From Promethearchaeum sp. (GTDB lineage Archaea > Asgardarchaeota > Lokiarchaeia > Sigyniarchaeales > Promethearchaeaceae), in contig JAUWOE010000074.1 of NCBI GenBank assembly GCA_030612265.1, positions 1-16,034 on the forward strand: a stretch of 16,034 nucleotides of DNA, read 5' to 3'. A program made the position numbers and the translations under genes. The notes beneath the pieces were generated by a model. It ran no database searches. It worked only from the letters and a program-made list of their open reading frames with translations, and was not told the origin of the DNA. This document shows positions 1 to 7,880 of this stretch, piece by piece (the first letter of the stretch is position 1; each line of letters begins with the position of its first letter).

Positions 1-2190
1 GGTCCGGAAAGCATGTTCATCCACCAAACAATAGAATTTCTCTATACAAATCCTTTTGGAGAAGATGTGTTAGTTGTTAAATCTGAAGGACATAAAGATG
101 CAAATATGATGGATGAACCATTATTCGTTGATTATAGAGAACAAGGGAGAATTGATCCTTTAAATATAAACAAAATTAAAGGTCCATATTTCCATAAGGA
201 TTTAGTTATGACTAGTGGAGAATTTCAATCTTCTATGACAGCATTATTCCTTGAACAAGAAGGAGTAGTAATTTCGACATTCAATAGTAATACAAATTGG
301 GCAGAAATGTTTGGCGTTGACGGTGATGGGGCAGATTTCTATTTCTTTGTTGAAAGATTCCCTAATCATGCTTATGGTGGTATCCAATATTATGAAATGA
401 GCCTTTACAATAATACCGATGATTATTTCATGAAAAAAGATAAACAAATGGCCATAAACAGCTCAATAGCAGGATTAATAAATGATACAGTTGGTCCAGA
501 GTTAGGAGTATCGGTTGGTGATACATGGACATATGTTGCTCAAGAAGAAGGATGGGAAAACCAATGGGGTGGTTCAAATGATTATAATTGGGGTATTGAA
601 AATGTGCATTATATAAATGTTACTGTCACTCATATTTTCTATGTAAATAGAACTGTAGTTGCTGTAATAGGATCATTGGATCATTGGTCGATTGAGGATC
701 CCGGTTATCCTGATCATAAAGAATTCTTCCCTCTATTAGTTTGGAACACAGAAGATCCATTATCCTTCTTTGATATGGGGGGACATGGTGGTATGGAAGA
801 AGGTCCACCACTTCTTTTACCCGCTGGAGTAGATTGGTCACTATTAGAAACCGAATTTGTTGAAAGATTAGAAGCAATGATGGGAGAAGAAGGTGCGGTA
901 AAAGCAATTAATCTAGACGCAAATGCCATTCGAATTACTTGGGGAAATGATTATAATGAAACAGATTTTTATTCAGAAAATTCTGGTTTGGTATTTTTAG
1001 ATATCGATGCTAATGGTATAACTTCTCATTTACACCAAGAAGAAAATCAAAGGTATGAATATAATGCAGGAGACCATTGGGAAGGCTATGAAAGAAGAAC
1101 GAGAATTGATGCATTTATGATTGAAAATTCTATTAGTTGTTCAAAAGTAAGTGCTTCAACAGTCACTGATGTAGTTACCGGTGATGTATTTGTTTGGGAC
1201 CAGAATAGTTATTCACCTCCCGGTGAATGGGGACCAGATGATCCAGGCCGAGATCCAACAGAGATCTTCCAACAAAGAATTACTATAGCTACAGTGTTTG
1301 AAGCATGTGATGAGTTCATAGTTTTCTTAGGAAGCATGGAATGGAAAGAATTAGATGATTCCACATGGCAAGGAAGAACATGGCACTATTTTAATGAAGA
1401 TACTGGAGATATAATTAATACAGATATCAATTTATGGTTAATAGGTTCAGTAAAAGATGATGATGTTTGGTCTTGGTTTGGTTCTCAGTTCTTTGACAAA
1501 GGAATTCAAGATTTTGCACCTTTGGAATCAGATCTTATTGATTTGCTCAATTTTGCTTTCGCACAAGATGGAGATTTCGAAATTACCTCTTCAGACATTA
1601 TCATTGATGGATTAACTTTTGAAATTTCAGTAACAACTCCAGCTGAAGAAAAAATAATGAAATTCGCAGCCAACGATAAAGGAATAATGCAAGAAATGTT
1701 CATGGGTGATAAATATCTTAATGGCACATGGCGAAATTGGGATCATCAAGTACTAACTCAAGCACCTATCGGATATGATATCGGACCAATTATGACGGGT
1801 CTTCCTGATTTCACAGCACCTGTTGTTTCTATAACATCACCAAATACAACAGATGTTGAACCTGGAACTTTAATTGAATTTGGAGTAACAGATGAAAGTG
1901 GAGTTGCATTGGTTGAATACAAGTGGGATTCTGAACCATATACAACAATAACCGAGCCTTATTCAGTAATTGCACCTAACAGTACAGGATCTCATACTTT
2001 GTACATTCGTACAACTGATAATGTTGGAAATATGAGAGTAGCAGAATTTGATTTTAATGTTCTAGGTGAAGGAACTGAAGAAGAAGAACCATTTGAAATT
2101 CCAGCATACCCTGTAGAAACAGTAATATTCTTCAGTATTTTCAGTGTAATTGGTCTTTTAGCATTAGTAATACATAAAAAGCGAGTATAG
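1..2190 (+). CDS. Cell-surface/secreted protein, 5' end outside window; C-terminal Ig-like domain, acidic linker and single C-terminal TM anchor
   Basis: The frame is open from nt 1 (GPES precedes the first Met at 13). The Met-13 N-terminus (MFIHQTIEFLYTNPFGED) has no signal peptide, so the true start is probably upstream of the window. Long uninterrupted ORF in AT-rich DNA, acidic and W/N/Y/G-rich with many N-x-S/T sequons. APVVSITSPN...VEYKWDSEPY...GSHTLYIRTTDNVGN...FDFNV has the pattern of an Ig-like beta-sandwich. The protein ends EEEEPFEIPAYP + about 22 hydrophobic residues + HKKRV. Confidence 0.8.
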   Translation, partial: GPESMFIHQTIEFLYTNPFGEDVLVVKSEGHKDANMMDEPLFVDYREQGRIDPLNINKIKGPYFHKDLVMTSGEFQSSMTALFLEQEGVVISTFNSNTNWAEMFGVDGDGADFYFFVERFPNHAYGGIQYYEMSLYNNTDDYFMKKDKQMAINSSIAGLINDTVGPELGVSVGDTWTYVAQEEGWENQWGGSNDYNWGIENVHYINVTVTHIFYVNRTVVAVIGSLDHWSIEDPGYPDHKEFFPLLVWNTEDPLSFFDMGGHGGMEEGPPLLLPAGVDWSLLETEFVERLEAMMGEEGAVKAINLDANAIRITWGNDYNETDFYSENSGLVFLDIDANGITSHLHQEENQRYEYNAGDHWEGYERRTRIDAFMIENSISCSKVSASTVTDVVTGDVFVWDQNSYSPPGEWGPDDPGRDPTEIFQQRITIATVFEACDEFIVFLGSMEWKELDDSTWQGRTWHYFNEDTGDIINTDINLWLIGSVKDDDVWSWFGSQFFDKGIQDFAPLESDLIDLLNFAFAQDGDFEITSSDIIIDGLTFEISVTTPAEEKIMKFAANDKGIMQEMFMGDKYLNGTWRNWDHQVLTQAPIGYDIGPIMTGLPDFTAPVVSITSPNTTDVEPGTLIEFGVTDESGVALVEYKWDSEPYTTITEPYSVIAPNSTGSHTLYIRTTDNVGNMRVAEFDFNVLGEGTEEEEPFEIPAYPVETVIFFSIFSVIGLLALVIHKKRV

Positions 2191-2203
2191 ACAATACACC
2201 GAA

Positions 2204-2219
2204 TTTTTTTATTTTTTTT
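2204..2219 (+). terminator. Oligo-T tract (T7-A-T8), candidate archaeal-type terminator after the surface-protein CDS
   Basis: gaatttttttatttttttta begins 11 nt after the TAG at 2188-2190. There is no flanking hairpin, as is usual for archaeal intrinsic termination. Confidence 0.45.
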
Positions 2220-2225
2220 ATTTAT

Positions 2226-3686
2226 TTATTCATTTACTCGGTTATTTGTCTCATGTAATTCTTTTGCTCGTTCCTTTAATATCCCTTGAATTCTCTCTTC
2301 ATCAGATTTAATATATTTTAAAGAAAGTATCCATAATATCGCTCCAGGAATACCCAGTAATATTGTAATCCATGCCGCTTCAAAATAATTTCCTTCATTT
2401 ACACTTAAAATATAACCGGCAATAACCGGTCCCAGTCCGCTTGCTAATGTTTCAAGAAATTGCCCCCAAGAAGAAACTGTTCCTTGTGCTTCGGGTAAAT
2501 TTATTGATTGAATAATCGGATTTTGGTTAACATTATAAATTCCAAGTACAGCGCGAATTGTAAAAATAATCATACCAAAAATCCAACCTGAAGGATAAGA
2601 TAATATAACAATGATATTATTTCCTTCTTCTGGTGTAAGTGGTGTTAGAGGAATAACAAAAATTAAAATTATTGAAACAAATAAGGAGATAATGGAAAAT
2701 ATAATTAGCAATACCCGCCATTTAATATTCTTATTTCCATAGTGATCCGAAATTTTTCCAAAGACAATCCCTCCAAAAATAGCACCGGGCATTCCGAAAA
2801 TAATCATCAAAATTCCGTTTGCAATTGGAGAAATATTGTAAGGTTCACTTTGAAGGTAAGGATATATCATATATATGGCTATTGAAAAAATTAACCAAGT
2901 AAAAATACCTTCAATAAAGGCGATGATGTTTGTAGGAGAAAATATCGTAGATTTAATTGTTTTCGCATTTAACTGGTATTTATAAATAATATTAGTCGAA
3001 GTTAGTAAATCAGACAATTCTTTTTGTGAATGTTGCCCCCTTTTTGGTTCTTTTAAGTATATCCACAGGATTATTATGATAATAAATAAAATACTCCCAG
3101 CAATCCAGAAATATAATTTCCAATAACCCATTTGGAATAGAAAGGCACTAAAAATCGTACCAAATGTTGCACCAACCTGTCGACTTGATTCTTGGATCCC
3201 AAAAAAACGAGATCTTGTTTCTTTTGATAAAGCATCATTTGTAAAAGAAAGAATTATGGGTTCAATGCCACCTAAACCTAATCCAGTTAAACTAAAACAA
3301 AAAAGAAAATAACCATAGCTTATTGGTTTTCCCATTGGGGCAAAACCATTCAAAAATCTCCCTAACCCAATAAGAGAAACCATGATAATAAGTAAATATT
3401 TCCTTGAAATTTTATCAGCTAATCGCCCGATTAATAAACCCGAGAGTGCCATGCCCCAAGTTCTGGTTCCGAGTAAAATTCCCATTTTAAGCGGATAAAA
3501 CGTTTGATCTTGCCAAATAATATCAGATAAAACCAACATATTAAGCATTATACCAGCAACCGTTAATGCAATAAAAAATCGAAGAAAATAAAGTGGCCAT
3601 ACAACAAACGATGTTTCTTTTGTTGAGTTGTCTGAGTTATTTAAAATCTGATTGTTTGGTTTTAAAGAAATCTTTTCATGCACCAA
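2226..3686 (-). CDS. Major facilitator superfamily (MFS) transporter
   Basis: 486 aa with about 12 hydrophobic segments in a 6+6 layout around a charged central loop (KEPKRGQHSQKELSD). MFS motif-A-like GRLADKISRKY lies after TM2 and its second-half echo GKISDHYGNK after TM8. The start is TTG (3686) or GTG (3683); there is no nearby ATG. Confidence 0.85.
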   Translation of the reverse strand: MVHEKISLKPNNQILNNSDNSTKETSFVVWPLYFLRFFIALTVAGIMLNMLVLSDIIWQDQTFYPLKMGILLGTRTWGMALSGLLIGRLADKISRKYLLIIMVSLIGLGRFLNGFAPMGKPISYGYFLFCFSLTGLGLGGIEPIILSFTNDALSKETRSRFFGIQESSRQVGATFGTIFSAFLFQMGYWKLYFWIAGSILFIIIIILWIYLKEPKRGQHSQKELSDLLTSTNIIYKYQLNAKTIKSTIFSPTNIIAFIEGIFTWLIFSIAIYMIYPYLQSEPYNISPIANGILMIIFGMPGAIFGGIVFGKISDHYGNKNIKWRVLLIIFSIISLFVSIILIFVIPLTPLTPEEGNNIIVILSYPSGWIFGMIIFTIRAVLGIYNVNQNPIIQSINLPEAQGTVSSWGQFLETLASGLGPVIAGYILSVNEGNYFEAAWITILLGIPGAILWILSLKYIKSDEERIQGILKERAKELHETNNRVNE

Positions 3687-3760
3687 TTTAATTTAGTATA
3701 ATGATTTGGGAGATGATTACATAAATCAAGAAGAGTTTAAAAATTATTTTCATTAATTCG

Positions 3761-3800
3761 GAGAAAAATATGAAAAAATATGAAAAAATATGAAAAAATA
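3761..3800. repeat. Tandem 10-bp repeat, 4 units (gagaaaaata, then tgaaaaaata x3)
   Basis: Read directly: gagaaaaata tgaaaaaata tgaaaaaata tgaaaaaata. On the minus strand this reads TATTTTTTCA x3 + TATTTTTCTC, i.e. four T5-T6 tracts starting 11 nt after the stop of the HdrD-like CDS and 75 nt upstream of the MFS start. Confidence 0.9.
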
Positions 3801-3810
3801 ATGATCTAAA

Positions 3811-5031
3811 TTACCTAAGAAAACGATTCAAAAATACCGCCCAATCTTTGGCTATGGGAATTCTCGTATTATCGCTGTCCTTAAATAAGGATGAGTTTAC
3901 AAAATTATAATGAGCTAATGTTTTAGGATTCGCTGTTATGAAATATTGCGCGCCTGTATCACGGACTTCTTTAACAAAATCAATCCACATCTGTTTTGTA
4001 TCCTCGTTTATTTGCAAAAAAGGAGTACAACCAAAATCAAAAGAATATTCACGATTATTCGCCATTTCAATTAACTTAACACCCTTCAAACTTTCAAGGA
4101 TTAATCTTGGTGCATCATAAATCCCACCACACATTCGACCTAATCTGCTAGAATCATGATACGTAAAACTAACATCAACAGGGAAATTGCGAACGGATTT
4201 TTTAATGAAATTTTGTTCCATTAGAAACTCACTTAAGTGATATACTTCAAAATCAAAATCAGGAATGACTCGAGGATAATCAAATTTCCATGTTCGATAT
4301 GCCTCATCATTTTCAATAACTATAGTCTTTACCTTTGCTTTTTGATAAGTTTTAACATTATACTCAGCGAGCATTTTAAATGTAGTATAATCACCAATCC
4401 ATAAATCATCATGACCGCTGCTCTTCATATTAATAACAACAGGCTTAATTTTAAGCTGATTTAGGATTCTTACTACAGCCAGTGGAATTTGATCGATTTC
4501 TGCACTGAATTTGGGATAATTCTTTTGAAGTTGAGGGAGATCATCAATAAAATACGCGATTTCTCCAGTTTTTAAAAGATTCAGATCAGATGTATTCTTA
4601 AAATAATGAAGAACACCAATCTTAGGAAGAGTTTTTTGACTAGCTTTGCTATCAGATTTATTTTGAAGAATAGTTCCGCAACCGGGCTTTTCAGGTTTAT
4701 CTTTTACTGTGATATTATTTTCAAATGCATACTGGCGTAGCTCTCGAATTAAATTTGACATATCCATGCCCTGCCCTTCTCCTTTTGCTTTTCCTTTTCC
4801 ATTTATATGAGTTGGACAGTCAACCATACACCGATTACAAGCCAGACAGTTAAAAATTGATTGGCTATTTAAAACTTTTTCAAGGGATCCACTATTCATC
4901 TCTAAATCGCGAAGCAATCCAAGAGGATTCAATAATCCGGTCAAATGTGTTGGACAACTTAAATTACATTGACCACAGTTTTTGCACTCAGAAATATATT
5001 CATTAATAACTGAATTGAATGTAGTAAGCAT
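3811..5031 (-). CDS. HdrD/GlpC-like iron-sulfur protein: N-terminal 2x[4Fe-4S] ferredoxin motifs plus two degenerate, almost cysteine-free CCG-like domains
   Basis: ATG start. CKNCGQCNLSCP (C16,C19,C22,C26) and CLACNRCMVDCP (C62,C65,C68,C72) are canonical CxxCxxCxxxCP motifs. The C-terminal half matches the CCG-domain context (IAYFIDD, SSGHD, TIVIENDEAYRTWKFDYP, FTYHDSSRLGR..G.YDAPRLIL, IEMANNREYSFDFGC, YFITANPKT), but the Cys positions are substituted. Confidence 0.8.
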   Translation of the reverse strand: MLTTFNSVINEYISECKNCGQCNLSCPTHLTGLLNPLGLLRDLEMNSGSLEKVLNSQSIFNCLACNRCMVDCPTHINGKGKAKGEGQGMDMSNLIRELRQYAFENNITVKDKPEKPGCGTILQNKSDSKASQKTLPKIGVLHYFKNTSDLNLLKTGEIAYFIDDLPQLQKNYPKFSAEIDQIPLAVVRILNQLKIKPVVINMKSSGHDDLWIGDYTTFKMLAEYNVKTYQKAKVKTIVIENDEAYRTWKFDYPRVIPDFDFEVYHLSEFLMEQNFIKKSVRNFPVDVSFTYHDSSRLGRMCGGIYDAPRLILESLKGVKLIEMANNREYSFDFGCTPFLQINEDTKQMWIDFVKEVRDTGAQYFITANPKTLAHYNFVNSSLFKDSDNTRIPIAKDWAVFLNRFLR

Positions 5032-5155
5032 TGTGAAATTAAGTAAAATGAAAATACATAAAGGTTATCCTTGCAAAATCACAAAATTAAATTTAATTAA
5101 AAAAAAAAATTTTCAATCGCTTTAGAAACAATTATTTACTTTTAGTTGGCTATTC

Positions 5156-5165
5156 ATATATAAAT
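5156..5165 (+). promoter_or_regulatory. TATA-like box (atatataaat) upstream of the 646-aa ORF
   Basis: AT-rich TATA-like decamer centred about 36 nt upstream of the ATG at 5196, in the divergent intergenic region 5032-5195. Position only; not tested. Confidence 0.3.
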
Positions 5166-5195
5166 ACACTAAGTGTTTGGTGGTAACCTAAATCT

Positions 5196-7136
5196 ATGTT
5201 TTCTATGCGAACAAATCAGTTAAAACGTTCTATAACAGCATTATCATCCTCCACTGAAGATGAAAAGGTTCGATTACTCTCCAACCAGCTTTTGGAGGAT
5301 TATTTCTCAGTAGAGAATAAATTCGGTGGGATTTATGAAATTTTAAACCAAATCAACCTCTTAGGTCAAATTTATGCCCGTATGGTCTCTTTGTTGGTTA
5401 CCGAAGACATCACAGATGCCTTAATCTATAAACTGTATGGCATGATTAGAATCGGAGAAATTACCATAACCAAACTCTCTACTGAGGAGCTCTCCCATCC
5501 AATAGATGATGGTTTACCAATTAATATCGCTCGAACCAACCTTGTAGCCCTTCAGGATGAAATTAAAACTTTTAAGAAGAAGGAAAACTATAAAATCACC
5601 AATTTTGAAGGTTTATTTAAGCATTTAATCAACGAAGCCCCTCATCTCTATAAACAATTGAATAACGTGAAAACATTTTCCAACCTATTAGGGTTAGCTT
5701 TTGGTGTTGAGGATCAAGCGAAAGATATTATAAAGCAGATCGAACACATCAATATCAAAGAACTACTTTTTATTAGTGAATTAACTGGCGAGCTGATTCA
5801 CAAGATCTTCATTCAATATGATGGCTTACTTACCTATACCATGTCCTTACTTACAATGTTGTGCCGAACCGAATATGAATCCAAATTTAAGATCCGACTT
5901 AACTCCATTCTTGAAGCTCTCAGCACATCCACCCTAATTATCCTTCTTCAGCAACGACTCTTGAAAAATATCGAACAGAAAAGAGTCAACGATGAACAAC
6001 AAGCCCGATTAAAAGAAAAAATTATCAATAAATCTTTGGAATTAAAGATGGAACTCGAAGAGGAAACTTTGGAAAAAATTTTCAATTTCTTGAATCAACC
6101 CTATGAAATTCGGTTACTCGGAGTTAATAAGATCGAGTTGGCAGAATGTGGAGAAATGACTACCGTATTTAGTAACTCCGGCCTTATTCTGCTAAAGGCT
6201 CAAATAATCGATCTCTGGAATGAAAAATATGAAATCGCTCATGAGTTTAGTGGTACACTACACAAAATCACCGAATATTTTGAATCCATTATCCGAAAAA
6301 CCAATACAATCACGGCGGACCTCTTTGCTAAAGGGTTCCGCGCGGCGATCCCTCTATATGACGTGGAGATCTGCGAAAAGGCGGGTGTCCACCTCAAAAA
6401 TATAACCGCCACTTCCTCAACCCAAAAAATTTTCATTTCCGACATCTTCTTCGATACAAAGCTTAAGTTGTATAGGCTCTATGAATCAAATTGGACCGAG
6501 TTAAGGAGGATCATCAAACAGAAAGCCCGGGAAGAACAAGCAATCCAATCTCTGTCCGAAAGAAATCGGATTTTTTCAAAAATCTACAATGGGTTGGAAG
6601 AAATGACTGTTCAATGGAACGTTGAAGCAATATTTACCGGACGCGGTGAAGAAGTTGTTATTGCTAGCCATATACTATTTACTGTTGTCCAATTATTGCA
6701 GCAAATGTGGAATGCCATTATTCCCTTTAAGAAAGATCTCCTTAGTAATGAAACTCTGTCCGAATTTCAACGAACTTCCGAAATGTTGAGGGATTATTGG
6801 AACCAATTTCAAAAAATATACACCCTCTCGCTTATCATCAATCACATCGGGAAACGCATTTGGTACCTCAACCGTGAGTTTGTAATCATTATCGCGGAAG
6901 AAGAAAAATATTTTAAGCACCCCGAAACGATACACGAACTCATTGCTGACATCCCTAAAGTTCTCGATCAGGAATACCGTCAGAAACTAATCACGAAAGA
7001 AATCCGGCGGCAAAAAATGGATATCTATAACGAGCTCCTAACCAATATCGAAGAATTATCCAACATCCCTACAGAAAACCGCGAGCTTTTAATGGACTTT
7101 CAAATAATTCTGGCCTTCATCGAAGTGAATGAATAA
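5196..7136 (+). CDS. Hypothetical protein, 646 aa, predicted all-alpha/coiled-coil, soluble; no family recognised
   Basis: Long ORF with ATG start, no hydrophobic segments, and L/E/K/I/Q-rich heptad-like stretches (e.g. KRVNDEQQARLKEKIINKSLELKMELEEETLEKI). I recognise no catalytic or binding motif. It is visibly more GC-rich than neighbouring genes. Confidence 0.8.
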   Translation: MFSMRTNQLKRSITALSSSTEDEKVRLLSNQLLEDYFSVENKFGGIYEILNQINLLGQIYARMVSLLVTEDITDALIYKLYGMIRIGEITITKLSTEELSHPIDDGLPINIARTNLVALQDEIKTFKKKENYKITNFEGLFKHLINEAPHLYKQLNNVKTFSNLLGLAFGVEDQAKDIIKQIEHINIKELLFISELTGELIHKIFIQYDGLLTYTMSLLTMLCRTEYESKFKIRLNSILEALSTSTLIILLQQRLLKNIEQKRVNDEQQARLKEKIINKSLELKMELEEETLEKIFNFLNQPYEIRLLGVNKIELAECGEMTTVFSNSGLILLKAQIIDLWNEKYEIAHEFSGTLHKITEYFESIIRKTNTITADLFAKGFRAAIPLYDVEICEKAGVHLKNITATSSTQKIFISDIFFDTKLKLYRLYESNWTELRRIIKQKAREEQAIQSLSERNRIFSKIYNGLEEMTVQWNVEAIFTGRGEEVVIASHILFTVVQLLQQMWNAIIPFKKDLLSNETLSEFQRTSEMLRDYWNQFQKIYTLSLIINHIGKRIWYLNREFVIIIAEEEKYFKHPETIHELIADIPKVLDQEYRQKLITKEIRRQKMDIYNELLTNIEELSNIPTENRELLMDFQIILAFIEVNE

Positions 7137-7170
7137 TCGTTGAGGATAAAAAACGAAATTACTTCTGAGC

Positions 7171-7176
7171 TTTTTT
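7171..7176 (+). terminator. T6 tract after the 646-aa ORF
   Basis: gagcTTTTTTgag lies 35 nt after the TAA at 7134-7136, in the convergent intergenic region. Confidence 0.4.
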
Positions 7177-7205
7177 GAGTCGAAATTGAATATAGCATGA
7201 GAGTG

Positions 7206-7214
7206 AAAAAAAAA
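7206..7214 (-). terminator. T9 tract (minus strand) after the PNPOx-like CDS
   Basis: The plus-strand A9 at 7206-7214 reads T9 on the minus strand and starts 5 nt after the TGA (7219-7221). Confidence 0.5.
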
Positions 7215-7218
7215 TACA

Positions 7219-7683
7219 TCACTTAATAAAAATCTCACTGTAAGCGGTTTGCTTTTCAACATCCAAATAAAATAATTTAGGTACTCCATCCTCATGTTTA
7301 AAAAGCGAAATTAAAGTCGGATTTACTTCAATTACTTGATCTGCTTCACCTTTTGAATATTTCTTAAGTAAATTGGGATGAATTTCCTTATATTTTTCAA
7401 GGAATAATTTATTTTGATCATTTAAAGTACTGCCGGTAATTTTAGCAATACCTTCAATCGAGATATTTTGTATTGAGAAAGCCACTTTTGGATTTTCGGA
7501 TATTTGCGTGAATTTTGTTGATGTTTTATAGGTAAAAAAGAATATTTTCAACCCATCATATACACAACTAACTGATCGAGCAGTAACACGGTTTTTTGAA
7601 GCGGTCGCCAAAACTAAAGATTTCTTTTGCACCAAAAGCTCAATGATTTCTTGTTTTAATTTTTCAAAGTCAATAATCTTCAT
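7219..7683 (-). CDS. Pyridoxamine 5'-phosphate oxidase (PNPOx)-like FMN-binding split-barrel family protein
   Basis: MKIIDFEKLKQEIIELLVQKKSLVLATASKNRVTARSVSCVYDGLKIFFFTYKTSTKFTQISENPKVAFSI... shows the typical PNPOx-like/general-stress pattern (helix, then 'ATxxxxGxPxxRxV', then 'f.T...s.K...i..NP.v'). The ORF track extends to a TTG at 7692. I prefer the ATG at 7683 because a TATA-like box sits about 32 nt upstream of it. Confidence 0.8.
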   Translation of the reverse strand: MKIIDFEKLKQEIIELLVQKKSLVLATASKNRVTARSVSCVYDGLKIFFFTYKTSTKFTQISENPKVAFSIQNISIEGIAKITGSTLNDQNKLFLEKYKEIHPNLLKKYSKGEADQVIEVNPTLISLFKHEDGVPKLFYLDVEKQTAYSEIFIK

Positions 7684-7880
7684 GTTATACAAATTAATAA
7701 TTTAGATTAGCTTTATATTTCTTTTTCTCGAATAAATAATCAACAAATTTAGTAATTTAATAAACCGAAAATCAATTATATTGAATTAAATTTAAAGATT
7801 TATTGAAATATAAGCAGGAGATATTCTCAGTTTGAGAGTCTTTTTGTAAAAAAAATATTATATTGGGATTCTATAAATTA
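7674..7880. repeat. Upstream module M3, copy 1 (paralog of 14321-14515)
   Basis: Colinear with 14321 onward at a constant offset of 6647. taatcttcatg is shared. 7701-7732 is identical to 14348-14379 (32 bp). 7701-7800 vs 14348-14447 has 9 mismatches in 100 and no indel. Similarity is weaker and patchy from 7821 to about 7880. Confidence 0.85.
7711..7720 (-). promoter_or_regulatory. TATA-like box (minus strand AAATATAAAG) conserved in both M3 copies
   Basis: Lies inside the 32-bp identical core of M3 (twin at 14358-14367), centred about 32 nt upstream of the PNPOx-like ATG. This implies a very short leader. Confidence 0.35.

Noticed and set aside
244-1727. Minus-strand ORFs 244-447, 626-907, 714-929 and 1506-1727 inside the first CDS
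   Set aside because: They are entirely antisense to a long, well-supported ORF. They are low-complexity or hydrophobic shadow translations with no independent signals.
3761-3800. CRISPR-like array
   Set aside because: The units are 10 bp, directly abutting, with no spacers and only four copies. It is a simple tandem repeat.
3938-4120. Plus-strand 60-aa ORF inside the HdrD-like CDS
   Set aside because: A shadow ORF antisense to a motif-supported CDS.
6220-6445. ORFs 6220-6405(+) and 6239-6445(-)
   Set aside because: Both are by-products of the local GC-rich patch (fewer stop codons) inside the 646-aa CDS. The patch itself is reported as a finding.
6693-7295. Minus-strand ORFs 6693-6935 and 7089-7295
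   Set aside because: The first is antisense to the 646-aa CDS. The second spans the convergent intergenic terminator region and overlaps both neighbouring gene ends, and its translation is not protein-like.
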